NCBI GenBank assembly: GCA_038886535.1
Contig: JAVZXS010000001.1
Location: 180,636 to 244,635 of the forward strand
Direction: 5' to 3'
Source of the DNA: Candidatus Micrarchaeia archaeon
Lineage (GTDB): Archaea; Micrarchaeota; Micrarchaeia; CABMEP01
Length of the DNA stretch: 64,000 bases
The notes beneath the pieces are model-generated. The model saw only the letters and a program-made list of their open reading frames with translations. It had not been told where the DNA came from and did no database searches. Below, one piece after another: positions 10,095-21,270 of the stretch. Made by a program: the position numbers and the translations under genes. How positions within the stretch are numbered: the stretch's first letter is position 1; each line of letters opens with the position of its first letter.

Positions 10095-11186
10095 ATGAAA
10101 TTCGATGTTCTAGTTATTGGTGGAAGTGCAATAGGTGGAGCCGCTGCAGCTGCATGCTCAAAACATGGATTGAAAACTGCTATTCTCGAAGAGGATAAAG
10201 AAGTTGGAAAATATAAAAGATGCACTGCAATATGTTCTGAAAATGGTTTAAAGAAAACAAAGATTCCATATACTGATGCAATTTTAAATAAGATAAAAGG
10301 AGGAGTGATTCATTCTCCAAAAAACGAGGTCAAAATAAAGATGAAAAATAATATAGGAATTGTTTTTGACAGGCAAAAATTCGATGAAAATAGTATTGAT
10401 AGAGCATTGTCTTATGGTTCTGAATTATTTAAGGAAAAAAGGGCTATTTCATTCTATAATTTCAATAGTCATTATTCTGTATTTGCAGGAAATACATTCC
10501 ACTCAAAAATCATAGTTGGAGCAGATGGAGTAACTTCAAAAACCGCTTCAGAATTCAATTTTCCACCACTTAAGAAAATAGCTTATTGTTTTGAAAAAGA
10601 AGTAACAAACGTCGATGTTCCTCATTCGGATTTAGTGGACATATACATAGATAACGAAAATTTACCTGGCTTTTTTGGTTGGTGTGTTCCAGTTGATGAA
10701 AAAACTGTAAGAGTGGGATTTGGAGTCACAAAATTAAATAAGTTTTTAGATGCAAAAACGTTTTTCTACTCACAAAGTTCACTTAACTTTCTTAAGAAAA
10801 AGACAGCAAAAACAATAAGAAAGTTTAATGCAGCCATACCTTTAGGTCCAAGAGAAGTAACGCAAATTAAGGGCGTTCTTTTAGTTGGAGATGCAGCAGG
10901 GCAGACAAAGGCAACAACTGGCGGTGGTTTGGTTTTCGGTTCTCAATGTGCACATATTCTTGGGGAGGCAGTTTCTGATCATATCAATAAAGGTGAAAAA
11001 TTAGAGTACGAAAAGAGATGGAGGAAAGACTTCGGATCAACTTTATATCTTCATAAAATAGTTAGAAGAGGTATTGATTTAGTGCCAAATTATGTTTTAG
11101 ATTTTTCTGTTTCTTTTCTTAAAATTCCATTTATAAATAGATTGTTATCTGAAGCTGCAGATATGGATTATATAATAAGGATATGA
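10095..11186 (+). CDS. Geranylgeranyl reductase family flavoprotein
   Basis: N-terminal FAD-binding fold, FDRQKFD, VGADG, PGFFGWCVP, LLVGDAAGQTKATTGGG. Confidence 0.88.
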   Translation: MKFDVLVIGGSAIGGAAAAACSKHGLKTAILEEDKEVGKYKRCTAICSENGLKKTKIPYTDAILNKIKGGVIHSPKNEVKIKMKNNIGIVFDRQKFDENSIDRALSYGSELFKEKRAISFYNFNSHYSVFAGNTFHSKIIVGADGVTSKTASEFNFPPLKKIAYCFEKEVTNVDVPHSDLVDIYIDNENLPGFFGWCVPVDEKTVRVGFGVTKLNKFLDAKTFFYSQSSLNFLKKKTAKTIRKFNAAIPLGPREVTQIKGVLLVGDAAGQTKATTGGGLVFGSQCAHILGEAVSDHINKGEKLEYEKRWRKDFGSTLYLHKIVRRGIDLVPNYVLDFSVSFLKIPFINRLLSEAADMDYIIRI

Positions 11187-11190
11187 ATTT

Positions 11191-12528
11191 TTATGTTCCA
11201 TACATTTTAGCTTTTTTTATTATTCCCATTACTATTGGCATTACATTTAAATGCGTTATATTTCCTAATCCTCCTTTTGCTGTACTCCTTTCATCAAATC
11301 TTTTAACATCGTCGTTACGAATCATATCTCTTGGACCCCATATTAGTATAGGAACAGGATCTGCTGAATGAGATTTCATACTGCACGGGGTAGAATGATC
11401 GCCAGTTAAAACAACAACAGTATCCTTAAGTTTAGTTATAGGTTTTAATGATTTGTCTATTTTTTCTATCATTTTCACTTTCGTTTTCCAATCCCCATCA
11501 TGTCCGGCTATATCTGTTGCTTTTATATGTAAAAATACAAAATCATATCTTTCTAGGGCATTGATAACTGATTTTATTTTACCTTCTAGATCTGTATCAT
11601 ATCCAGCAGTAGCAGTCGGAACATTTATTATATCCATTCCAATATATTTTGCAACCCCTTTATATAATGCTCCTCCTGCAACGCAAGCAGCCTTCATTTC
11701 ATATCTTTCAGAAAACGGAATTACTCTTACTGCCCATCCATATAATCCTCTATATTCTGCTCCTTCTTCTATTCTTCCTTGCATTTTTTCTATCATACTA
11801 GCTCCACGTGTCATTATTGAATTTGCAACTTTCAAATTCTTTCTTTTTCTTTCTTCATTTAACTTGTGTTTTTCAAGTATTCTGTTTATTTCTCTTATTG
11901 TTTCATTTAAAACTTCAGAAGTAATCTCTGCGCTTTCACTTTCGTCTAGTGGTTTAGCCCACTGCATTCTTCCTTCGTGGTGTGAATCTGTATCACTAAT
12001 TAGAGGATTAAGTTTAAAATCTGGATCAAGACTTCTAATTACTAAAACACCTCTATGTGATTTAGTATGATGGAATCTGGATTCAAATTCTCTTGTTTTT
12101 CCATTCTTATCTTTTATTTTGACTTTTATTGAAGAGATAGACTTGGAAATTTCTTTTGCTTCATCATTACTCATTCTGCCAGCTCTCCTATCAGTTATAT
12201 ACCACTCATTTCCTTTTTTTTCTACGGTGCAGAAATTAGATCGGAATGCGATCTCTCCAGGTCTAATTTCTATTCCAGCACCTAGAGCTTCAAGTATCCC
12301 TCTTCCAACATAGAATCTGAATGGATCATATCCAAAAATTGCTAAATGTCCAGTGTCGCTTCCAGGAACCCATCCAGGTCCAACAGGATAACTTATTCCA
12401 GTTATTCCTTCTTTTGCCATTCTATCAATATTCGGTTTTTTTGCAATTTCAAGAGGTGTCTTTCTATTTTTTTCATTTATTGGTCTATCCCCAATTCCAT
12501 CTAAAACAATGAAAACAACTTTAGTCAT
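11191..12528 (-). CDS. apgM: 2,3-bisphosphoglycerate-independent phosphoglycerate mutase (archaeal type)
   Basis: LDGIGDRP, PGSDTGHLAIFGY, DIAGHDG, TGDHSTP, HSADPVP. Confidence 0.95.
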   Translation of the reverse strand: MTKVVFIVLDGIGDRPINEKNRKTPLEIAKKPNIDRMAKEGITGISYPVGPGWVPGSDTGHLAIFGYDPFRFYVGRGILEALGAGIEIRPGEIAFRSNFCTVEKKGNEWYITDRRAGRMSNDEAKEISKSISSIKVKIKDKNGKTREFESRFHHTKSHRGVLVIRSLDPDFKLNPLISDTDSHHEGRMQWAKPLDESESAEITSEVLNETIREINRILEKHKLNEERKRKNLKVANSIMTRGASMIEKMQGRIEEGAEYRGLYGWAVRVIPFSERYEMKAACVAGGALYKGVAKYIGMDIINVPTATAGYDTDLEGKIKSVINALERYDFVFLHIKATDIAGHDGDWKTKVKMIEKIDKSLKPITKLKDTVVVLTGDHSTPCSMKSHSADPVPILIWGPRDMIRNDDVKRFDERSTAKGGLGNITHLNVMPIVMGIIKKAKMYGT

Positions 12529-12619
12529 TTACTCACTAAGAAGTAATCCTTAGCAATATTTTTTAATATTACTTTCTTTATAACCTTTAAGGATTTACAA
12601 TAATCCATGGAGCGGTTTT

Positions 12620-13090
12620 ATGAAGCCTGCAACACTATGTTTCTTTTTCAGGAAAAATAATGGAGAAGAAGAGATTCTTCTTGCAATGAAAAAGAGAAGG
12701 TTTGGAGCTGGAAAATGGAATGGATATGGAGGAAAGATAGAGGAAGGCGAACCTCTTTTAGAGGCGGCATGCAGAGAAATAAAAGAAGAGAGCGGTTTAG
12801 ATGTTGAGCCTTCTTCGTTAATAAAGATTGGTGAGATTGATTTTAAAGTAAAAGATAAGCCAGAGTGGGATCAATTTGTACACGTATTCAAAGTAACTGA
12901 ATGGAATGGAGAGCCGGTAGAGACGGAAGAGATGAGGCCAAAATGGTTTAAGATAAAAGATATTCCTTACGATGAAATGTGGGAAATGGACAGGATTTGG
13001 ATTCCTTACATGTTAAAAGGAAAGTTTATAAATGCAAAATTCATATTAGATTCAGATGGAGAAAGGATATTGTATTATAATATAATTTAG
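12620..13090 (+). CDS. Nudix hydrolase, MTH1/8-oxo-dGTPase-like
   Basis: KKRRFGAGKWNGYGGK, Nudix box REIKEESGL, ETEEMRPKWF, IPYDEMW. Confidence 0.9.
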   Translation: MKPATLCFFFRKNNGEEEILLAMKKRRFGAGKWNGYGGKIEEGEPLLEAACREIKEESGLDVEPSSLIKIGEIDFKVKDKPEWDQFVHVFKVTEWNGEPVETEEMRPKWFKIKDIPYDEMWEMDRIWIPYMLKGKFINAKFILDSDGERILYYNII

Positions 13091-13113
13091 TTTATTTACT
13101 TAGGGGGGAATTT

Positions 13114-16100
13114 GTGGCTGGTTTAAATCTGAGAATATTTTTTATTTTTTTTATCGTTTTGTTCAATATAAATTATGGTTTATCTTATCTCAATAACTGT
13201 AGTAATTTAAATATTAATGGTGAAACTTATATCCTGACAACTAACGTTTCTTCAACAACTATCTGCTTTAACATATCAGCCAATAATATAACTCTTGATT
13301 GCAATGGGAATACGATTTATAGCTATAATAATGCAGTAGCTAATGCTTCAATAATTACAAATGCTGCGTTAACAGGTATTGTCATTAAAAATTGTAATTT
13401 TATTGGAAATGATTCATACATTCTTTTTTTCCCATATGGTAATTTAAATTCAAAACTTATTAACAATTCATTTAAAAACTGTTATTATTGTAGTTGGATA
13501 CAATCTGATAATAACATTTCTATAATTAACAATTCTTTTTATAATTCTAGAAATGCGATTCATTTTGTTGGAACTAGTGGTTTCAACATCTCTAATAACC
13601 TTTTTTCAAACATCAGCTCCAGATCTATTTCTGCTGGTGGGTTAGATTCTAATCCAAGTTTAGTTAAAGTAATCGAGAACAATTTCTTCCTCAATACTTA
13701 TAGAGGAATTTATAATGGTATGACTTTGACACATATCAATTCAAATGAATTCTATAATTGTGGAGAATATTGTATTTATTTAGCTTCTGCACAAAACAAT
13801 TCAATTTTTAATAACAATATAAGTAATTATTCAATATATGGCTTAATTTTGGATTCATCGTTAGGAACTAATATATCTACAAACATATTTAATTCAACTG
13901 TAGGTAGTGCTATAGTTTTAAGAAGTAGTGATGTAATTTCTGTTTTTAATAATACGATATATGGTCCTTTGATATTAGAGAGCTCTCGGAATGATACTAT
14001 ATTCAACAATACAATTTTGACTGCAGGAATAGCATTACACGCCTATTCTCCCTATTATGAAAACGAGAATAATCAAATATTTAACAATTCAATAGTTAGT
14101 ATTGATTCTTATGCTATTCGATTAGTTAGTTCTAAAAATAACTTAATCTATAATAATATACTGAAAGGATCTGTTCCAGTAGAAGTCGTTGACACTTTAT
14201 ATACTAATTATTGGAATACAACAATTAATTGTTCTGGCGCGAGAAATATAGTTGGCGGTCCGTGTATTGGAGGTAATTTTTATTCTAACCTGAATGAGAC
14301 AGGTTTTTCAGAAAACATTAATGTATGTTCACCACAGTCAAATAAAATATGTGGAAATTCATATACCATACAAACTAACAATATTGATTATGCACCAATA
14401 ACAAATCGTTTGTTAGCACCATCTTGTAGTTCACAATTAAATGAACCAAATACGATTTATATTATGTGGAGTTCTCAAGTTACACCTGGGACGTGTTATA
14501 CAATTACAGCAAATAACGTTACACTCGACTGTAAAGGATATACTATTACATATGCTACAGGATCTAATTATGCGTATGGAATATATTCTGGTGGCTATAA
14601 TAACTCTGTAATTAAAAACTGCAAACTTATTCAAAATACAGCTCCAAGAAATAATGCACATGGAATTTGGTTTGCAGGAAGTTCAAATAATAAAGTTGAA
14701 AATGTTTCTATAAATATTGTTGGAAATCAAAGCAACGGTATTTATTTAACTTATTCTTGGCCCAATCCATCTAATTACAATTTTATTAAAAACACAACTA
14801 TTACTATGTCAGGAGTGCAAGGTCATGGTATAGATATTTATGGATCTTATAATAACTTCTCAAATATTTCAATTGTAACAACTGGAATGTATGGAAATGG
14901 AATTAATTTCGATCCTTCTTCAGATTCAAATTACAACATATTTACAAACATGTCAGTAAAGGATACAGGTTCTTATTCCTTTGCAATTCAATTGCGTGGT
15001 AATGATAATAGATTCTATAATAATTTAATTAATAGTAGTTCTACTTCTCCAGTTTCAGTAACATCTGGTTCTAATTCATTTAATACAACGCTTACAATGG
15101 GAACAAATATAATTGGCGGTAATTATATTGCCGGTAATTTCTGGGCAACTCCTTCAGGAAACGGTTTCTCTGAAACATGTACAGACAATGATGGAAACGG
15201 GATCTGTGATGCAACTTATACTATCAATTCAGATAACATCGACTATCTCCCGCTTGCAGTTCCTCCAATTCAGTTAACAAGTTGCGGTACTCTTGATAAG
15301 ACAGGAAAAACGTACTTATTAATTCAAAACATTACTACCTCTAATGATTGTTTTATAATAAATAAAAGTTATATAACGCTAGATTGTCAGAATAATACTA
15401 TTACAGCAAATAGAGGTGTTTTGATTGGCTTTCCAGGACGGGAAAGTTCTTCAAATATAACCGTTAAGAATTGTATAATAAACAGTGCTTATGATGGAAT
15501 AGACTTAGGGGCTTGGAGTTATAATACTAATATTACTATTTTAGGAAATAAAATTATTAGTCAATATGCGAATGGTATCGCTTTTGGAACTGTAGCAGGT
15601 TCTAATATTAATATATCTAATAATATAATTTATTCCCCTAGATGGGGGATCTATATAGTCAGCGGTTCAGGTTATATAACAAACAATACAATTGTTCAAG
15701 TAGACTGCAATTATGGAGGATATCCTCCTTGTGGTGGTTTAATTTTATATGGTGGTTCAAATTTTAATATATTACATAATTTTATAAACTCAACAAACGC
15801 ACACGGTATTGTTTTTGCAGATTACTTAGGAACTACAGCAGATAACAACTTAGTTATCAATAATCTTATTTATACTAATTATTGTGGTTTTCGTTTTCAA
15901 CCTTATAGTAAATGTGGAGCAAGGAATAATATCATAGCTAATAGTACTATTATAGCAATTGGTACAAACAGCTGTGGAATATATTCAGACTGTCCAATAA
16001 ATACTACGTGGTCTAATATTACAATCAACTCTGAAGGAACAGATTTTATTTCATTATATTCAATAAATAATACTTATTTTAATGTAACATTCAATTCTTC

Positions 16101-19100
16101 TTTCTACCCAACTAAGGTAAGTTTTACTCATAATGGCAGCATTAAAATAAATTCAGCTGATGCAGTTCCTTCTTCAGGATACTACAATGTTTCCAAATAC
16201 CTTAACATCACAAACTCAACACCTGCATGGGTATACATTAATTTCACATACTCAAACGATACAATAGGAGAAAATGAAACAAAACTCAAACTCTATAGAT
16301 GGGATGGGTCTGCATGGAATGAAGTTCCAGGAAGCGGAGTAGATACTGATAATAAGATAGTTTATGGAAATATTACACAATTCAGCATATTTGCTCCACT
16401 TGCAGTTGCAGATGCGATTCCCCCATCAATTCAATTGATATCTCCTGAAAATGATACATATACAAACCAAAACAGTATGACCTTCATTTTCAATGCAACA
16501 GATGATCAGAGTTCTACATTAAACTGCAGCCTTTACATAAATAATGAAATTAACCAGACAAACGAAAGTTTTGTAAATGGTTCAGTTACTTCGTTCTCAT
16601 TGACAAATATTGCAGATGGATATTATACATGGTACGTTAATTGTTCTGACGCTTCTGGCAATAGCAATGTCTCAGAAACAAGAACATTTACAATTGACAC
16701 AATTCCTCCATCAGTCTCTATCACATCTCCATCTTCAAATTCATATCTTAATTCAAAGATAATAACAATAACTGGTACTTCATCTGATCTAAATTACAAT
16801 TTCACAAACATCTCAATCTGGCAGGGAAGCACACTAATTAATTCAACAATCACAACTAGTACTTCATGGTCAGTCCAGCTTGCAGCGCAGGATGACGGAG
16901 TATATAGCATAAGTGCTGTTGCATATGATCTTGCAGGTAATGAAAATTCAAGCAATATAACAGATATAACAATAGATACTACCATACCTCAGGTTACAAT
17001 TATTTCTCCATCGCAATCATCCCCGATTTATTTGAGGAGCAGCGTTCCAGTCCAACTTAAATTCAATTACAATGAAACCAATCCTGCAAACTATACAGCT
17101 CTACTAATAAACAGTTCAGGACAAAGAGTATCAAACATATCAGAGAGTTTAGCTATTAGTGGTGATGTGAATATTACGGCATCACTGTCAACTACTGGAC
17201 TGCCTAATGGAAACTATTCAATCAATGTTACAATTTTTGATAAAGTAGGACACACTGTAACTGTCTCAGAGATCAATAATGTAATTATAGATAATGAAAT
17301 ACCTGGTGTAATAATTAATTCGCCTTCATCTGGCCATTATATTATAGGAGACACAATAGTTTTGAATCTTACAATATTTGATGACAATCTCAATTACACT
17401 CAAATCACGATCTATAACGCATCAGAATCTATTCTAAATTACACCACTAATCAGTCTGGAACATTTACAATAAACTTCACTCTTCCAGATGATATATATA
17501 CAATAAATGTAACCTCCTTTGATCTGTCTGGAAACAATGCAACCGCAACTGTCACTGGTGTAGAATTAGATTCAACATCACCATTCTATCTAAATAACTG
17601 CTTGGACATAACAATGCCAGGAGAATACTATCTTGTAAATAATATTTATTCAACTAATGTCACTTGTATATTCATAGATGCAGATAACGTGACTGTTGAT
17701 GGTCAGGGATATGAAGTACGCAACCTTGGAAACCCAATTATTCCGGGAATATTTGTACAGGATAGGAAAAACATTACGATTCAAAACATAATAATCTCTC
17801 ATTATGATCCAGATATTCAAATGATTAATGTAACTGATGCAAAGATTTACAACGTAACACATAATGGAGGACAAATTGAAATTATATATACTGATGCAGA
17901 AATTAAGAATTCAAGATTTGAGAATAGCAGTTCAGAAGGTATGGTTGCAAATCTTTCAAACATTATCATAAATAATACAATTATCAAAAATAGCCAATCT
18001 GATACATTATATATATCATCTTCTAATGTAAGCATTTTAGGCTCACATATTCAGAACTCTAATGGAGTAAAAGGCATTTCCATTTCTGGACAAAACAGCA
18101 TAATATCAATAGCATCATCAAGTATTATTCTGCAAACAGCAGACAATGCAGATGTAATTGATGTTGATGTTTCATCAACAGATAACCTATATCTATCAAT
18201 TTCAGATTCAAACGTAAGCAACCAAAACAGTTTCATACATTTAAGAAATTCAGCTGGTTTTGAATCCAAGAATATTTCAATTAATGTTTTCAGAAACAAT
18301 ATTTTCAACTTCTCAAAAATTATATCTTCAGATTCACCAGTTAATGGATCAGGAAAGATCTTATTAACCAGTGATATTCATGGAAACTACTGGGGAAGAT
18401 CATCTTACCCATATGTGAATTTATCAGACTTCCAAAATGTTTCAGATGTCTCAGATGAGCTTCCTTATAAAGAAGCAGATGGATGGAATAAGGAAGCAAG
18501 ATTCAGATTAAATTCTTCAAGCTATAATTTTGCATCAAAAGATGGAAAGCTGTCAATTTTAATGCCATACAACCCATCCTCACCAAATGACAATCTTGTC
18601 TTAAGCAGGCTAGAAAATGAAGTCTTCGTAATAACAGATCTTCCTTTAATGCATTTAGCTGCTGAAAACTCAATAGTAAATGCAAGATTGCACTATTTAT
18701 TTGGAACTTACGAATCTGTGTATTTGCCAGTTGAAGAAAGAGAAGGCCTACTTTTAGTAACTCCGTTACCTATTGAAATCAAGGTAAATCTTTCAGATGA
18801 TTTCAACACAAGTGAAGCAGATGATATTTCCTCAATTGAATTCGATGAAAATGGATTTATAAAAGATCTCGGTGGAAAATTCGTTTTTGACTCAAATGAA
18901 GAATCTTTCAAGCTAAAGCTTAACATCATTAATGGTTCAATTGATTTCTTAATAGGAAAGAAGGAATCAGATCTTATACTTTTTGACAATGTAAGCCCAA
19001 CAGTCTCTCTACGTCAATCCGGTTCTATAGTTATTGCAGATTATTTAGATCCATTACAACAAGTGATTCAGAGAAATGATGGAAGAGGCAATGCTTATAA

Positions 19101-21270
19101 GGAAGTGAATTCAGATCAAATTATTCCATTGTTCCTGCCAAATGGGGCAATGGTCAGTAATGCAACGATGACACTTTCACCTCTCTCAGGAACTCCTTCA
19201 TTCAACGTTTCAATCTACTTAAGAAACAACGTGACTTCATTATCTTCAGCTGAAAGATATTACTTTAATGAAATCTCTTCTCTCTCTTCACCTATTACGT
19301 TAGACTTAACTTCAAGTATGCAATCAGCTCTTGGAAATTGCAGCCAATTGCATAATGGTTCATATTGTTTATTCTATATCAGTATCAATGGTTTGAATGA
19401 TGGAGAATTCAATATTTCAGAATTCAATTTCAATTATTCATATTCATCTGGAATCAAGTTGCCAGATGTAAATACCAGTGGTACAATTACATCTCTTGTG
19501 GAAATACCAAAGCATGAACCAGATGTTTTCTATCTAAGCGATGGAGGAACTGATGTCCTAGTTATTTCATTGCCTTTCAAGTCATACATAAAATCAGCAC
19601 AGATAACATTAAGTGGAGAAGAGTGGGAAGGCTCTTATCCATCTAATGTCAATATGTGGATAGGAAACGGATCAACATCACCCAGAACGCCATTTGTTAC
19701 ATATTCTGGTGAATTCAATACTTCCATACAAATAATTGCACCATTTGTTTCTGCTTTAAGGAACTATACATCAAGCGCAGATGCTGACCATAAAGGTAAT
19801 GTCCTAATACCATTAACACTTAATTCATCAACAAAGGGTAAGGTCAGGATCAGTTCTATAAGTGTTGATTATGATTTAAGAAATGCATACGATTTAAACT
19901 CTCCATCGTATATCTATGGATTCAATGATGGAAGTGAAGTTAAAACAGTAACATTTACAAACTCCTCACCATCTACAATCCTCTATATAGATATTCCAAA
20001 GTATTCCAGAGTTTCAAACATCTCAATCATATCAAGCCCTTCAGAGAACATTACATTCAATATTGACTTCCTAAACGATGGAGTTATAGAGATTGAGAAT
20101 AGTACAATGATAAGGCAACTCAATCTTACTCAATACCTACAAAATTGTTCTCCATACAAATTTAGAATTCCATTTGGAAGATTGTGCAAGGTTGCAATTA
20201 ACATAACAGCCAATCTTGATGCGTATCCAAATGTTTATTCAGATTTCGAAGTTACAAGTTCATTTATCTCAATGCCTTGGCGATATGCCGGATCTGATTC
20301 AGAAATAATAAGAGAAAGCGAAAAGAGGTTTGACTTTCTTACTATCCCAACTGGAGCTGCCAAGCGTGCAAGGTCTCTATCATTAGAGCACCGTTCAATC
20401 TACTCATTACAATCAGGTGATATTGTTATCGGCTATGGATTAGATATGGCTGGAAATAGAGGAAGTGGCAATTATACATTTATAGTTGCCGGCCCACCCA
20501 CTCCACCAGCAATAACTCCACCATTAACAAAGATTCCATTATCTGGATGGATGAATTGTACTAATTCATTAGCATATGTAATAACAGAACCAGGTGCTTC
20601 AGTTACTGTTTTGTTTAGGTCAAGCGGCATGTTTGTTACAGGAGGAACAGCGGATTCAAATGGAAGATTTGAGTTTATGCCTTTATTGAGTGGAGACTAT
20701 ATTATCCGTGTATCTAAATCAGGATTTGAAGATAATCAAATTACACTTACTGCAAATATTTGTATTGTTGAGACGCAAATTTCTACAAAGAAGTCACTCA
20801 TCTGTTCTCAAGATAAGTGCAGTATTAATCTTTATCTTGCAACAAACAAGATTTCAGACTTCCAGTTCAGGCTTACAGACTTTATACCGTCGCAAGTAAT
20901 AAAAACAGTTAATTCGATAGTTGACAGATTCGGAAAGGTGTTCTATAGTTATAGCTATACAGATTCTTTAATTTCTATTCCATCCACTCAGAAGATAACG
21001 AGTACATTCTCAGTTATATTAGATACGGTTTTGACCGCTATTCCAAACTACATTGAAAATGAAAATAAATTCATATATTCAATAACTAATACTGCTGCAG
21101 ACGTTGAACTTGATGAGATTATAATACCATTGCCTGAAAATGCAAAAGGAAAGGAAATTGCATCAATCGAGTACATTGATGCAGACGGTTCAAAGATAAA
21201 TATAACGGATTACACAGTGGAATATGACAGGATTATTATCCACCAGTCAGTGATTATTAAGAAACAGTAA
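13114..21270 (+). CDS. Giant secreted surface protein (2718 aa): repeated right-handed beta-helix (NosD/CASH-like) modules, Ig-like domains, carboxypeptidase-regulatory-like domain
   Basis: GTG start after GGGGGAA. Signal peptide. Four copies of C..L/I...YxL...C..I.A.NxTLDC/G. Ig-like units ending DTxPP. Many N-x-S/T sequons. GTADSNGRFEF...SKSGF near the C-terminus. Confidence 0.88.
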   Translation: MAGLNLRIFFIFFIVLFNINYGLSYLNNCSNLNINGETYILTTNVSSTTICFNISANNITLDCNGNTIYSYNNAVANASIITNAALTGIVIKNCNFIGNDSYILFFPYGNLNSKLINNSFKNCYYCSWIQSDNNISIINNSFYNSRNAIHFVGTSGFNISNNLFSNISSRSISAGGLDSNPSLVKVIENNFFLNTYRGIYNGMTLTHINSNEFYNCGEYCIYLASAQNNSIFNNNISNYSIYGLILDSSLGTNISTNIFNSTVGSAIVLRSSDVISVFNNTIYGPLILESSRNDTIFNNTILTAGIALHAYSPYYENENNQIFNNSIVSIDSYAIRLVSSKNNLIYNNILKGSVPVEVVDTLYTNYWNTTINCSGARNIVGGPCIGGNFYSNLNETGFSENINVCSPQSNKICGNSYTIQTNNIDYAPITNRLLAPSCSSQLNEPNTIYIMWSSQVTPGTCYTITANNVTLDCKGYTITYATGSNYAYGIYSGGYNNSVIKNCKLIQNTAPRNNAHGIWFAGSSNNKVENVSINIVGNQSNGIYLTYSWPNPSNYNFIKNTTITMSGVQGHGIDIYGSYNNFSNISIVTTGMYGNGINFDPSSDSNYNIFTNMSVKDTGSYSFAIQLRGNDNRFYNNLINSSSTSPVSVTSGSNSFNTTLTMGTNIIGGNYIAGNFWATPSGNGFSETCTDNDGNGICDATYTINSDNIDYLPLAVPPIQLTSCGTLDKTGKTYLLIQNITTSNDCFIINKSYITLDCQNNTITANRGVLIGFPGRESSSNITVKNCIINSAYDGIDLGAWSYNTNITILGNKIISQYANGIAFGTVAGSNINISNNIIYSPRWGIYIVSGSGYITNNTIVQVDCNYGGYPPCGGLILYGGSNFNILHNFINSTNAHGIVFADYLGTTADNNLVINNLIYTNYCGFRFQPYSKCGARNNIIANSTIIAIGTNSCGIYSDCPINTTWSNITINSEGTDFISLYSINNTYFNVTFNSSFYPTKVSFTHNGSIKINSADAVPSSGYYNVSKYLNITNSTPAWVYINFTYSNDTIGENETKLKLYRWDGSAWNEVPGSGVDTDNKIVYGNITQFSIFAPLAVADAIPPSIQLISPENDTYTNQNSMTFIFNATDDQSSTLNCSLYINNEINQTNESFVNGSVTSFSLTNIADGYYTWYVNCSDASGNSNVSETRTFTIDTIPPSVSITSPSSNSYLNSKIITITGTSSDLNYNFTNISIWQGSTLINSTITTSTSWSVQLAAQDDGVYSISAVAYDLAGNENSSNITDITIDTTIPQVTIISPSQSSPIYLRSSVPVQLKFNYNETNPANYTALLINSSGQRVSNISESLAISGDVNITASLSTTGLPNGNYSINVTIFDKVGHTVTVSEINNVIIDNEIPGVIINSPSSGHYIIGDTIVLNLTIFDDNLNYTQITIYNASESILNYTTNQSGTFTINFTLPDDIYTINVTSFDLSGNNATATVTGVELDSTSPFYLNNCLDITMPGEYYLVNNIYSTNVTCIFIDADNVTVDGQGYEVRNLGNPIIPGIFVQDRKNITIQNIIISHYDPDIQMINVTDAKIYNVTHNGGQIEIIYTDAEIKNSRFENSSSEGMVANLSNIIINNTIIKNSQSDTLYISSSNVSILGSHIQNSNGVKGISISGQNSIISIASSSIILQTADNADVIDVDVSSTDNLYLSISDSNVSNQNSFIHLRNSAGFESKNISINVFRNNIFNFSKIISSDSPVNGSGKILLTSDIHGNYWGRSSYPYVNLSDFQNVSDVSDELPYKEADGWNKEARFRLNSSSYNFASKDGKLSILMPYNPSSPNDNLVLSRLENEVFVITDLPLMHLAAENSIVNARLHYLFGTYESVYLPVEEREGLLLVTPLPIEIKVNLSDDFNTSEADDISSIEFDENGFIKDLGGKFVFDSNEESFKLKLNIINGSIDFLIGKKESDLILFDNVSPTVSLRQSGSIVIADYLDPLQQVIQRNDGRGNAYKEVNSDQIIPLFLPNGAMVSNATMTLSPLSGTPSFNVSIYLRNNVTSLSSAERYYFNEISSLSSPITLDLTSSMQSALGNCSQLHNGSYCLFYISINGLNDGEFNISEFNFNYSYSSGIKLPDVNTSGTITSLVEIPKHEPDVFYLSDGGTDVLVISLPFKSYIKSAQITLSGEEWEGSYPSNVNMWIGNGSTSPRTPFVTYSGEFNTSIQIIAPFVSALRNYTSSADADHKGNVLIPLTLNSSTKGKVRISSISVDYDLRNAYDLNSPSYIYGFNDGSEVKTVTFTNSSPSTILYIDIPKYSRVSNISIISSPSENITFNIDFLNDGVIEIENSTMIRQLNLTQYLQNCSPYKFRIPFGRLCKVAINITANLDAYPNVYSDFEVTSSFISMPWRYAGSDSEIIRESEKRFDFLTIPTGAAKRARSLSLEHRSIYSLQSGDIVIGYGLDMAGNRGSGNYTFIVAGPPTPPAITPPLTKIPLSGWMNCTNSLAYVITEPGASVTVLFRSSGMFVTGGTADSNGRFEFMPLLSGDYIIRVSKSGFEDNQITLTANICIVETQISTKKSLICSQDKCSINLYLATNKISDFQFRLTDFIPSQVIKTVNSIVDRFGKVFYSYSYTDSLISIPSTQKITSTFSVILDTVLTAIPNYIENENKFIYSITNTAADVELDEIIIPLPENAKGKEIASIEYIDADGSKINITDYTVEYDRIIIHQSVIIKKQ

